From: a virus
Lineage: Duplodnaviria > Caudoviricetes
DNA length: 31,220 nucleotides
Strand: one strand, 5' to 3'
Virus record (IMG/VR): IMGVR_UViG_3300020395_000058
Location: 1 to 31,220 of that record
Part shown: positions 19,601 to 29,143 of the stretch, one piece after another
Layout of the letters: each line of letters opens with the position of its first letter
How positions within the stretch are numbered: position 1 is the stretch's first letter
Notes under the pieces: generated by a model
What the model was told of the DNA's origin: nothing
What the model saw: the letters and a program-made list of their open reading frames with translations, nothing else
Database searches by the model: none
Translations under genes and position numbers: made by a program

Positions 19601-22600
19601 TCCAGTATTAAACTCATGTCTAGCAATAGTAACTTCATTTGTAGTTGTATCAATACCAGTTACAGGATTGAAATCTTTATAGAATAATCTATCACCACTA
19701 GTATATGCAGCAAAAGTGCTTAATCCAATAATTCCACCACCAACAGAAGTTGTAATACCATTAAATTGTGAGCTAATATCATCTATCAATAAAACTTTAT
19801 TAGTTCTTGATTCATTATACTTTGTAATTATTCTATTTTCAAATTTAACAATTTTCGATAAACTTGGATCATTTGTTTCTTCTGTAACATTATCATAATA
19901 CCATCTTTCCCATACAGATGCCTCACCATTAAGTGTTACATTTAAAAATAAATCTGCATCAACTTTTGTACTTAATTGACCAGTTGAAGTAATTCCCAAA
20001 TTAGAGAACCCTTTAAATCCAGCAGTATGACTTAAACTACTAACTGGATCTCTCCATGTTAGATATGGTATATTCTCACCTTTAATTGCATAAGAGAATC
20101 TTTGATAATAATCATTATCATGAAGTCTTTGTCTATCTAAATTTAATTTCCCAATATCATCTTTCCATTTATTGATACTTTCAACTGTGCTACTAACATC
20201 TAAATTAAAATCAAATGTGAAAACTGCATCAATACCTGCTTTATTATTACTTACATCACCAACTATTCTATCATTTTTATTAAATTCTCCAGTTACATTA
20301 TATAATTTTAGAGTTTGAGCCTCAGGATCCCAACCATTTTTAGCAACATAACCGAATATATTCTTATTTGGAACTCTAACAATTTCATTTTCAAAGAATG
20401 AAGTTTTTTCAAAAGTTGGAGAATACGATGCTAAATCTTCTACTTTTACAACTCTACCAAAGTTACTTACACTCCTATCATAAGTTCCTCCAGTACTTCC
20501 AATACCAGCAATAGAATATGCTATACTTTCTACTCCACCAGTAGTATTAATTCCAGTAAGAGTAAAATACTTATATTCATAATCACTTGAATTATATCCA
20601 TCAGCATCTGACTCTGTTACTTTTATGTTTTCAACAAAAACTTTATCTCCAACAGCAAATGGGAATGGATTATCTACATCAAATCCATTAACTGGTCCTC
20701 TTATTTCCAGAGTAACCATTTGAGTTGAATTAGTTACAGCACCTATAACCTGAACACCGTTGGAATTAACAGTAGGAACAATTCTCAATGAATCGGATAA
20801 ACCACTTTCATTTGAAAGTATATCGACACTATCTACTGAATTTCCAATTAAATTAGTTCTTGTTACAATAGAAGGTTTATCGATAGCAATAGTTACTGGA
20901 GATGAAGTATAATTTGTTCCTCCAGTTGTAACACCAATTGATTTTAATGTAAATACATCCTTCAATTCTAAGATTATATTACTGTCAGCCTTTGGTGGAA
21001 TTGTCTTATCTCTAGAGAATTCCAATCCTTGATTATGAACCGTAGTGTCATTGACCTTTCCTATATCAAGAGATTCGACTGTAAATAACGCATTTTTACC
21101 AGTAGTTGTTCCTATAGAAGTTATAATTGGTAATTTATTTACTTTTTCACCATTACTAACAATCTTAACTGAATAAATTCCACCCATTACAGAACTAGAA
21201 TCTGTTGCATAGAATGCACTTGTAATTCCAAGATTATTGTATAGTGTAGTTTCTCCACTACCAACCATATTAAATGTGAAAGCGGTATTTGCTACCCCAG
21301 TAATTCTATGAATTTTATTAAATTTGGACTCTACTATTTCAATTTCTGAAGACCTTACAACATCACTTTCAACAGCAGATGGGTAAGTTTTAGTATAATT
21401 TAAATCTTTTCCTTCAATTCTATAATACAACTTATTTGAAATGGAACTTCCAAGAGAAACATTAATTTTAGCAGTTAATCCATCACCAATTGTTCCTGTT
21501 CTAGTAATTAAACCCGAATCATATCTAGTTTTAAAGTTTTCATCACTATAAAAAGCAATATCGTATCCATCTAAACTAGTATCTGATACTAAAAATTCAG
21601 CTGTATTTCCTTCATATAATTCTATTCTTGGATTTATTTTAGTAAATGTATGAGAATCTCCACCAGTAGTTCCTATTCCAATATAATTGTATGGGAATAA
21701 GTTAACATCATACTTTGTTTCCGCAAGACGTATAGTATTATCAGACTCATCTATGACGTGATAAATTCCATCATCAACTAATGGTGTGGCAGGAGTTGAT
21801 GAATTATAAACAACCATATCTCCTGTATTGAAATCATGGTCTGCAATTGTAATTTCATCCGTAATTGTTCCAATTCCTGCAGATGCAATAGTGACTGGAT
21901 TTATCACTAACTTTCTAATTTCATTATTAAATTTAAGATCAATAATTTGTGCTTTATTTGGTGAAATATCTAATCTCACATTATCATTAACTTTCAATGA
22001 ATGATTGGAATCAGTAGTTACTGTTGCAGTTACTTTTTTAAACCGACCTCTAACGTTGTTAGTAACAAGTTCTAAACTATTATTATCTCCACCAGTATTT
22101 TGAACTACAGTAAACCAACTATATGTTGTAGTATAATTTGCTTTTTGTGTAGATAGACCAATAAATTCATCACTAAGTTTTACACAATATAAATTTCCGT
22201 AAGTAGATAGATCAACTGCAGGTGTTAATGCATCTGTTCCTGAAACAAATACAGTAGATCCAACCGAAACAAATGATAAAAGATCGCCACTTTTGAATTT
22301 ATGATTTGGTAGATATATTGATCTTGGTGGTATAGATTTCTTAATAGCAACACTACCAGCATATCCAACTACAACATCTGTATAAACACTACCAAGTCCT
22401 ACAGACTTTGCACCTTCAAAATACTGAATTTTAGGGAATTCTATATTTTTGTTCTCTAATTTTTCTGGAATATCATATGTAAATTCCTTTTCAAGTCTAT
22501 AAACAGCTGCCCCAGAACCATGTCCAGATGCAGTAGTTCCATTATAACCCCTTGTAACTCTATATCTGTTATTATAATCATCATGTGCAATAACTTGTAA

Positions 22601-25600
22601 TTGCTCAGATTCCACTTGAATTATATCATTAACATTAAATTTCCCACTGAGAGTGGAATCATGTAATGAAATAAAAGTAGTTACTCCAGAATTTACCATA
22701 GATGAAGACAGTCCAGATGTTACTGAAGAAACACCAATTGTTCTAAATCCTTCTATATTTGTGTAAAGAGAAGATGTTATACCTGAAATCTCTACTATAT
22801 CTTCATCAGTAAGTCCATGTGGAAGAGTAGAAAGTCCTGTAACTTTACCATCAACTATAGAAAACTTTAAGTCATCATTAATGGTATCAGATGTCTCTAC
22901 AGATATGATATTTTTACCATAAACTTCATCAATACTTGCAGAAATAGTATTATTATTAAATTTTATTAATTCTCCAGGTTTATAGAATTCTCCACCATCA
23001 TTTACAATAATTTTTGAAATTTTTCCAGAATTTAGAGAATCTACTCTAATTTCTGCATCAGAATCCAAAGAATCAGTCAATAATGGATATGTTTTAAATT
23101 TATCATTTAATCCAAGATGAGTTACATTTCTCTTATACTTTCCACTATTCAAAAACTTATCAGATTGATTCATCAAAACATCATAATTAAATAAATCTGT
23201 TTTATTACGGTGTTTTTTAGTTACATAGGGAAATGTTGGAACACTATTTGGTGTTAAAGTTCTATCAATGGTACTAAAATAAGCATATGTTCCATTTGGA
23301 TATTCTGGAGTTGTTACAAATTTACCATTATATTCATCTAAATCTCCACTAGCATTATAAACATAATCCTGAACAAAAGATCCAGGTGAATAATTAGCAG
23401 TTGATGGTCTTAATCCACTATCACCAACAGGATCTTCAACATAACTGGATTGCATATAAGTCAGTCCAATACCAACGTCTCCAACTGGTCCATAAATTGG
23501 ATTTCCATCATATGCCCAACCAATAATTTTAGAATGTGAAGTTGGTGGTTTTTCCTTTAAAACACCAGAAACATCTTCAATATCATCACCTAAAAGTTGT
23601 CTATAATAATTTCCTGCATAGAAAGAACAAATTTTATTCTCTTTAAATACATTCTGAGTTCCAATTTGTACAATATCTTTATAATCCGAATTACTTAAAA
23701 GATGTGAGTACTGTGAAACATTATTTAATTTCCATTTATATAAATTTACACCAAATTTAGCATCTTTTCCAGCTGGAACAACAGTAATAATTGTATCATT
23801 GACATCATAATTTACACCTGCATTTATAATATCAACACCAGTTATCTCACCATTAGTAACAATTGCTCTTAATTTAGCAAATTGACCAGAAGTTTTACCT
23901 ATTCCACTAACTCTAAGTTCAGGTGGAGTACTATATTCGCTACCCTTATTCAATATCAAAACATTAGTAATCTTACCAGTACTATCAACAAATGGTTGTA
24001 AATTTGCATCCTTTCCTGTCAATAATCTAATTTTTGGTTCACGAGTATAATTAATTATATTATCTACACCATAAGATAATCCTCCAGATTCAACAAATAC
24101 ATTTGAAACACTACCCTTTACTTCAGCATATGCAGTAGCATTATAATAAGACTCTATTGTCGTGGTTGTTCCAATACCAACTTCACCATTAATATTAACT
24201 ACAATATCTGGATATTTAAAGGTATGAGTCCCAACTCCAACACTATTCAAATCAACAAAAATATTTCTATCATAATTTGTTTCATCACTACTTAATTTGA
24301 ATCTATCTTCATCAATAAGAGTTACATAATAATCTCCTGCAGCCAATCCACTAATTGCTGTATTAGAACTAGAATAACTTACAATATCTTTATTTTGGAA
24401 ATTATGATTTTTTGCATAAACATAATTATCGAAAGTATTGATTCCAACATATGTTTTAAATAAATCTTTTATATTTGTTGGTGGATATACTTGAGATTGA
24501 ACAGTAAGTTTTCTGTTAGAATAGGATGAACCAGGATCATTAATAATAATTCTATCAATTATATTCCTAACCTTTGTAGATTTAAACTCATGCGTTGTAT
24601 TTCCATACTGATTAAAATGTATTAAATTTATCTTATTAAGAGCATCTGCTCTAGATATTGCCAATCCAAAGGAATTTGTTGAATGTTTAGCAATATAATA
24701 AGTTGTCCCAGATGCCAATCTATCAGTCGCAAAACCAACTTGGGTACTTCCTATACCAATTGGTGTTCCATAGGCAGTATAGGTCACCTGCTCCCCATCT
24801 AAGAACTTATGTGATGTATCAATCCTACCAGGATCAGTTAATTGCACATCAAAATCAGTAAATGTCTCAGAATGAGTGTATCCTCTCATCTTAGCTTCAC
24901 ATATTGCACCAGATCCATTTCCTCCAGTTATAGAAACTGATGGAGTTTCGACATAATCAAATCCCTTTGAAGTTACAACAATATCGGAGATATTTCCTGA
25001 GAAATTTACATTAATTAATGCTCCACTACCATAAGTATCGGCAATCGACACATTTGGTGGATTGACTATATCATAGTCTTGACCCTTATTTAAAATATCA
25101 ATATCAGTAATAGGACCATAATGAACAGAATCATTAGATATTGGAGAATGTATTTCTACTCCATTCAAAGATACTCCAATTGGACCAATAATATCTGAAT
25201 TATTATCTACCAATTCTGGTGTTTTAAGTATTCTCTTAAAATTATCTTGACTTTTTAAATTACCAGTTTTATATAAATTTGCTGGTGTAACAGTATGAAT
25301 TCCACTTGCTGATTCTCCATTAAATTTGATAGGTTCAACAATTCCTGCATATAAAGTAGAAAGATTCACACATAATTGAATATTTTTAACATCAACTAAC
25401 TTAACATAGTAATATCCACTAGAAAATTTAGTGTTTGTATCATCTACAACTCCTTCTGTACCAACACCAACGTAAATTTTTTCGCCATTATAGAAATTAT
25501 GGTCATCTACAAAACTTATAGTAGAGGTATTAGTTGATACTCCAATAGAAGTGAAAGTTTGTGATCCATTTGTTGTTTCGGCATCAAATGAAGGGTAACC

Positions 25601-27265
25601 AGAAAATGCAACATACGTATTCTTATCATCATCTACAAATGTATTCTGAATATTAGAAAGTAAAGAAGGTATTCCATATTTGGAACTAACATAATTTAAT
25701 TTTTTTCTAATAATATATCTTCCATTAACATTAACAGTATTGTTACTAATTTTAAATTGATAATCACCTACAACATCACTAACAATGTCTTCTGATACTA
25801 CAGTTCCAAATGTATCTTGATATAAAACATCAACTATATCTCCATTTTTAAGAAAATGTTTTTCATTTGTTTTAAAGGTGTTATTTGATATATTTTCTTC
25901 TACATCAATATATGAAATGTTATTATAGAACCAACTTTCAAATTTAGGATCATTTGGATCAACTTTTTCTCCCAAATGCTTTACTGTAATTGCATCATCA
26001 TTAGCAAAAAACTTAGTATCTGCATCAGATGCACCAGAAATTGATCCAGTGACTCTCATTTGACATAATTTAGTCAAATCATTATCTTCATAACCAAAAA
26101 TGAAAGTTTCATCAATAATTGGATCGTTTTCCTTCAATACAGTACTAATTCCAACACATCCAAAGAATTGATTACTCGATTTTGACTCATATGATGCAGA
26201 AGTATAAACATTATCAGCATTCAAATAGTAAAATGTTCCTACGGTAGAGAATCCAACTGTAGAATCAACAGTTGTTACTGATGTAGTAGATGCGGTTCCA
26301 ATAACTTTTGTCTTTCCACCTACTTTAAATGTACTATTAAGAGATCCTCTAGAAAATTTAAGTTGATAATATCTCTTATTATTCAGAAATACCTGCTGAA
26401 CATTAGCAACTGCCCCTGATGCAGTAGGATTAGCGGTTGAATCTTGAAATACTTTTGATCCGACCAATTTTAATGGATTACCTGATATGGCCTCAACCAC
26501 CATATCCTCTGTAACGTTCCATTCTGCTTCAGATGGTATAAGAGTCTCATTAAAAGGTTTAACGATCTCTACTTGCTCTCCGTACAGGGCCTGGAAGAGA
26601 ATTTCCAATGCAGTGTCAGTTCCTTTTGAACTATAGAAATCTTTTGCTCTAGAAAGTATATTTTCTAAGGCAAGACCTTGTTTGAAGTTTCTTCCTTCAA
26701 GACCTGGTAGGAATTGATACTTATGTTTCTTATAAAATTCAACTAAAAATAAGAAACTTAAATTAACTACAAGAGTTCCTGCTTCATGAAGAGAAGAATT
26801 AGTTTCACTAAACGTTAAAAATTCTGGATTACCTGCAGTTTCTATTGCATCTATACCACTAAAACCACGTTTACATCCAGTAAAAGAAGTAGCAGTTTTT
26901 CCAGTATATGTGATAATTTCATCATCAATTTTAAATAAACCCCATTTATCTGGAAATCCAGTGGTTTGATTAACGTAAATTACATCATCATATGCATATG
27001 CTTCAGCAGCAACAACTACTGGAGAAGAAGGAACAGTACTTCCTGGAGCAGGAACAGTTTGTGCTTCAACAGTAGCAATATCAGATAAAGTCGATATTTT
27101 TTTAATTGATTCTAAATTATCGGCAAGATAAGTCGTACCATATTCATGTTCTTCAGATGCATAGTATTGTTCTAAGAATTCTTTAAATAATGAACCATCA
27201 TCCAGAATAAAATCTGGAATCTGGCTATTAAGGATATTCGAGATTTTTACTTTTTTATCAGGCAT
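16610..27265 (-). CDS. g7: Giant baseplate wedge initiator gp7 (3551 aa, multi-repeat)
   Basis: Lies between g6 and g8; N-terminal QIPDFI...F.EFLEQYY, KDFYSSKGT..A.EILF..LYG and later LHDNDYYQRFSYAIK...HTAGFK core motifs, interrupted by many beta repeats. Confidence 0.88.
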   Translation of the reverse strand: MPDKKVKISNILNSQIPDFILDDGSLFKEFLEQYYASEEHEYGTTYLADNLESIKKISTLSDIATVEAQTVPAPGSTVPSSPVVVAAEAYAYDDVIYVNQTTGFPDKWGLFKIDDEIITYTGKTATSFTGCKRGFSGIDAIETAGNPEFLTFSETNSSLHEAGTLVVNLSFLFLVEFYKKHKYQFLPGLEGRNFKQGLALENILSRAKDFYSSKGTDTALEILFQALYGEQVEIVKPFNETLIPSEAEWNVTEDMVVEAISGNPLKLVGSKVFQDSTANPTASGAVANVQQVFLNNKRYYQLKFSRGSLNSTFKVGGKTKVIGTASTTSVTTVDSTVGFSTVGTFYYLNADNVYTSASYESKSSNQFFGCVGISTVLKENDPIIDETFIFGYEDNDLTKLCQMRVTGSISGASDADTKFFANDDAITVKHLGEKVDPNDPKFESWFYNNISYIDVEENISNNTFKTNEKHFLKNGDIVDVLYQDTFGTVVSEDIVSDVVGDYQFKISNNTVNVNGRYIIRKKLNYVSSKYGIPSLLSNIQNTFVDDDKNTYVAFSGYPSFDAETTNGSQTFTSIGVSTNTSTISFVDDHNFYNGEKIYVGVGTEGVVDDTNTKFSSGYYYVKLVDVKNIQLCVNLSTLYAGIVEPIKFNGESASGIHTVTPANLYKTGNLKSQDNFKRILKTPELVDNNSDIIGPIGVSLNGVEIHSPISNDSVHYGPITDIDILNKGQDYDIVNPPNVSIADTYGSGALINVNFSGNISDIVVTSKGFDYVETPSVSITGGNGSGAICEAKMRGYTHSETFTDFDVQLTDPGRIDTSHKFLDGEQVTYTAYGTPIGIGSTQVGFATDRLASGTTYYIAKHSTNSFGLAISRADALNKINLIHFNQYGNTTHEFKSTKVRNIIDRIIINDPGSSYSNRKLTVQSQVYPPTNIKDLFKTYVGINTFDNYVYAKNHNFQNKDIVSYSSSNTAISGLAAGDYYVTLIDEDRFKLSSDETNYDRNIFVDLNSVGVGTHTFKYPDIVVNINGEVGIGTTTTIESYYNATAYAEVKGSVSNVFVESGGLSYGVDNIINYTREPKIRLLTGKDANLQPFVDSTGKITNVLILNKGSEYSTPPELRVSGIGKTSGQFAKLRAIVTNGEITGVDIINAGVNYDVNDTIITVVPAGKDAKFGVNLYKWKLNNVSQYSHLLSNSDYKDIVQIGTQNVFKENKICSFYAGNYYRQLLGDDIEDVSGVLKEKPPTSHSKIIGWAYDGNPIYGPVGDVGIGLTYMQSSYVEDPVGDSGLRPSTANYSPGSFVQDYVYNASGDLDEYNGKFVTTPEYPNGTYAYFSTIDRTLTPNSVPTFPYVTKKHRNKTDLFNYDVLMNQSDKFLNSGKYKRNVTHLGLNDKFKTYPLLTDSLDSDAEIRVDSLNSGKISKIIVNDGGEFYKPGELIKFNNNTISASIDEVYGKNIISVETSDTINDDLKFSIVDGKVTGLSTLPHGLTDEDIVEISGITSSLYTNIEGFRTIGVSSVTSGLSSSMVNSGVTTFISLHDSTLSGKFNVNDIIQVESEQLQVIAHDDYNNRYRVTRGYNGTTASGHGSGAAVYRLEKEFTYDIPEKLENKNIEFPKIQYFEGAKSVGLGSVYTDVVVGYAGSVAIKKSIPPRSIYLPNHKFKSGDLLSFVSVGSTVFVSGTDALTPAVDLSTYGNLYCVKLSDEFIGLSTQKANYTTTYSWFTVVQNTGGDNNSLELVTNNVRGRFKKVTATVTTDSNHSLKVNDNVRLDISPNKAQIIDLKFNNEIRKLVINPVTIASAGIGTITDEITIADHDFNTGDMVVYNSSTPATPLVDDGIYHVIDESDNTIRLAETKYDVNLFPYNYIGIGTTGGDSHTFTKINPRIELYEGNTAEFLVSDTSLDGYDIAFYSDENFKTRYDSGLITRTGTIGDGLTAKINVSLGSSISNKLYYRIEGKDLNYTKTYPSAVESDVVRSSEIEIVESKFNKIHRITGVANTAFTFNMVGSGETTLYNNLGITSAFYATDSSSVMGGIYSVKIVSNGEKVNKLPIITSIGTTTGKNALFTVESLDIGKVNDTTVHNQGLEFSRDKTIPPKADSNIILELKDVFTLKSIGVTTGGTNYTSSPVTIAIDKPSIVTRTNLIGNSVDSVDILSNESGLSDSLRIVPTVNSNGVQVIGAVTNSTQMVTLEIRGPVNGFDVDNPFPFAVGDKVFVENIKVTESDADGYNSSDYEYKYFTLTGINTTGGVESIAYSIAGIGSTGGTYDRSVSNFGRVVKVEDLASYSPTFEKTSFFENEIVRVPNKNIFGYVAKNGWDPEAQTLKLYNVTGEFNKNDRIVGDVSNNKAGIDAVFTFDFNLDVSSTVESINKWKDDIGKLNLDRQRLHDNDYYQRFSYAIKGENIPYLTWRDPVSSLSHTAGFKGFSNLGITSTGQLSTKVDADLFLNVTLNGEASVWERWYYDNVTEETNDPSLSKIVKFENRIITKYNESRTNKVLLIDDISSQFNGITTSVGGGIIGLSTFAAYTSGDRLFYKDFNPVTGIDTTTNEVTIARHEFNTGERLRYTQHTGPIGIDTTTVPGVGSTNILPTDVYAIKVTDDKFQVAVARTFATAGTAVTFTTVSGIGTIHNLQVPTEDASIRSVITVDNIIQSPIAITTAINVNLTGPIGINTNFVYLNSVADISGKSLINIDQEIFKVSLVGVGSARELDVLRGQMGTVAAAHTVGAAVTVIKGDYKIEDGNIYFSDAPYGPAGIGSLTSQSTFAGRSYYRLDYISNKIMDDISDRFDGATDKFDLTTNGAEMSGITSSFGMVLVNNIFQRPDVDELSGESSSDYSLVGTGKTIDFTGTSANKDLPKGGIINEFDVGIGSGYQLPRRALLDVVINSNTGTISTVGILTGGSGYLTAPMVSIASTDRHFSHSFVSAANNAVNGSLTPTNAEYTSTTGMMVLTIPGHTLTTSNTVQFTNNSITMSCSRDNYTTNHTYPRATDPVAGVATAILATSEDTVTVFVGVGSGDDAVLTTHITDGSVSWVNITNAGTGYTSTGIGGSTGFAVVDSPKPYKNIPLSGGSGSGAAVDVVVGTGGSIVDFKLSNRGIGYEIGEQLQIINLPFQAGIATSRFNITIRNKYQDKFAGWCFGELIELDDFSNLFNGYRKAFLITRTGAAGKEYYSVVAKEGSGIILANNLFLFLNDILQIPDRDYEFNGGTRITFKEAPKPGSKFKFYLYAGSDLDYAEVDVDETVKPGDELKLQAGINTITDGRIPEQDNRIIYELIAADTVETQTYSGIGIVTDPAARRPTMWRKQTNDMIIDGVKISKERNYLEPQIYPTSGIIKSVSNSDSTIWIEDSWLFNHVDELDQDVNNVRIVGLGTIANSEVIEKVAYTGDYGAVVGIGTSAVGIGTTTSPALYFDLKVASEIFADVPNANQLKIPGIGTGGYFTIRDTHIGPGVTGIVTHTSEVVSVGNTFLDNVYYAADVVGMGATTLRVFANITSLSGIDTSIISDIVRCGSYSWGSLTGSRGSGSKSYTFHNQNGLIGIQTSAQVIRDIQLKVKYT

Positions 27266-27268
27266 TTC

Positions 27269-29143
27269 TTATCTTGTATATTTTTTACTGCTAATGAAAC
27301 TTGATGGTGGAGTATAATTGGTTCCAGATTTATTAGAACCAGAAACGATAACATCTTCCAATAAGGTTAATTTACTGTTTCCTGTAGTATCTAGCACAAT
27401 ATAAAGACTCTCTTTTGCGACAATATCATTTGACTCAGGAGTCACTTCTACTTCAATCCTTTCAGTTAAGGTTGTAGATGTAATTGTAAGTGGGAAAAGT
27501 ATAATTTCACCCTTGGTATAGTTAACTGTACCAGCATTATTGTTAATATAATTTATTGTAGAATTATCATAAGTAAAGAATTTGATAACTCCTGTTTTTC
27601 CATCTGCATTTGGCAAATCAGTCATAAAAACATCACCATCAACACCATCAATCTTAAATGCAGAGGATCTAATGTTAAATCCTTCCAAATCAGCATGGAA
27701 TTGATTAGCATAACACAACTCATAAGTAGCAAGTTGATTATATGCAGGAACCATATTCCTCCTCATTATAAGTTTTGTAATGTTAGAAGTAATTCCAGTA
27801 TCAACATTATCAATCTGAGAAAGTAATTTACTATACTTTAAACGTCCACCGAATGAATTAATATCAGCAGATTTGGCATATTTTTGAATTGAAGTTATAA
27901 TTCTTGAGTTTAAATCAAGACTATTAGAGATAAATCCAGAATCATATGATACAGTAGAGTCATATTCAACGTAAAGATACTTAAGATCAATAAATTCTTG
28001 CTTAATTCCTGCAACTGTATACTTTTTCAAGTCATTTTTAATCGAATCTTTAGCAACATCCGATAAAACTTCACCATTTTTTGGTTTTACAGTCACATAA
28101 ACCTTTCCAAATTGTGGTGGATCTAACTCTTCACCACCATATGCACTCACAGAGTCAATATTTGGGTATAAAAATGGTATTAATCCAATATAATCATGTG
28201 ATGTAACTGCTCTATATTGGGATGCATAGACCCTTGGAGCAAGATATTTGATACTGTCTATAGATTCTATCTCATCACCGTTTTCAGACGCTTGTGTAGT
28301 GGTTATAAGAGAGATTCCTTGAGTAATATCTGTCTCTACACCACCAAAAAGATAGGTTAAACGACCAGCAAAGGTGAAATTTGCTGCTCCATTACCAGCA
28401 GATCCATTATTAACGATATAAGTTGCTGTAATTTCTTCTCCAGCTGGTGGTTTTTTACCTAAAATATTGTCTCCAAACAGAATTTGGTACTTTTCGTCCT
28501 CAATTTCTTGTGTAAGGAACAATCTTGATGATGCATTTACATCAAAAATGTTAGAATAGGACTCAAAATTCTCATTTCCAACGGTAACACGTATTGTAGA
28601 TGAATCTACGTTGGCATTTGGAATAATATACTTCTGATTTGGTAAAGAATCGTTAACTGTCCACTTCTTTTCTAAGAAATTACCTTCATAAATTGAAATA
28701 TTTGAGAAAGTTGCAATTCCATTACTGTTTGGAGTGACTGTTATGTCCTCTGGAACCGAAAATATGTAATTTCCATTCTCAACTGAACCTAAGGCTACTA
28801 GTCCAGCATTTAATTTAACACTTCTTGCCGATATTCCACTTACATTTACTGTAAAACTAACTGTTGCAACCGCAGATTTCTTAGAACGAGGTACAAAACC
28901 TATGTTTCTTGCTAAAGAAACGACATTTTCCCTTAATGTAGCACTATCAATGAACGATTCATTGACTGCCATGTTAGTATTATAGGCAGTAATGTAGGAA
29001 TTATACGCTAACGTGTCTATTAATATAGAAAAGTTTGATCCCTCGAAGTCAAAATCCGTAAAATTGGAGTTTGATCTCAGATAATCCTTAATCTGAGCAC
29101 GTAAATCGTTAAAATCTAGGTTTGTAAACTGCTTAAATGCCAT
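27269..29143 (-). CDS. g6: Baseplate wedge subunit gp6
   Basis: LDFNDLRAQIKDYLRSNSNFTDFDFEGSN, NESFIDSATLRENVVSLARNIG..PRS, FGDNILGK, ESIDSIKYLAPR.YASQYRAVT..DY. Confidence 0.96.
   Translation of the reverse strand: MAFKQFTNLDFNDLRAQIKDYLRSNSNFTDFDFEGSNFSILIDTLAYNSYITAYNTNMAVNESFIDSATLRENVVSLARNIGFVPRSKKSAVATVSFTVNVSGISARSVKLNAGLVALGSVENGNYIFSVPEDITVTPNSNGIATFSNISIYEGNFLEKKWTVNDSLPNQKYIIPNANVDSSTIRVTVGNENFESYSNIFDVNASSRLFLTQEIEDEKYQILFGDNILGKKPPAGEEITATYIVNNGSAGNGAANFTFAGRLTYLFGGVETDITQGISLITTTQASENGDEIESIDSIKYLAPRVYASQYRAVTSHDYIGLIPFLYPNIDSVSAYGGEELDPPQFGKVYVTVKPKNGEVLSDVAKDSIKNDLKKYTVAGIKQEFIDLKYLYVEYDSTVSYDSGFISNSLDLNSRIITSIQKYAKSADINSFGGRLKYSKLLSQIDNVDTGITSNITKLIMRRNMVPAYNQLATYELCYANQFHADLEGFNIRSSAFKIDGVDGDVFMTDLPNADGKTGVIKFFTYDNSTINYINNNAGTVNYTKGEIILFPLTITSTTLTERIEVEVTPESNDIVAKESLYIVLDTTGNSKLTLLEDVIVSGSNKSGTNYTPPSSFISSKKYTR

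Noticed and set aside
6101-19898. Short plus-strand ORFs (6101, 9095, 10835, 10954, 11552, 13006, 15977, 19716) and the alternate-frame minus ORF at 11010-11216
   Set aside because: All lie inside long, well-supported minus-strand genes and are expected from codon bias; no independent signals.
7711-27265. Possible inteins, introns or homing endonucleases explaining the giant ORFs
   Set aside because: No intein splice motifs, LAGLIDADG/HNH/GIY-YIG signatures or frame breaks recognised; the size is explained by beta repeats.
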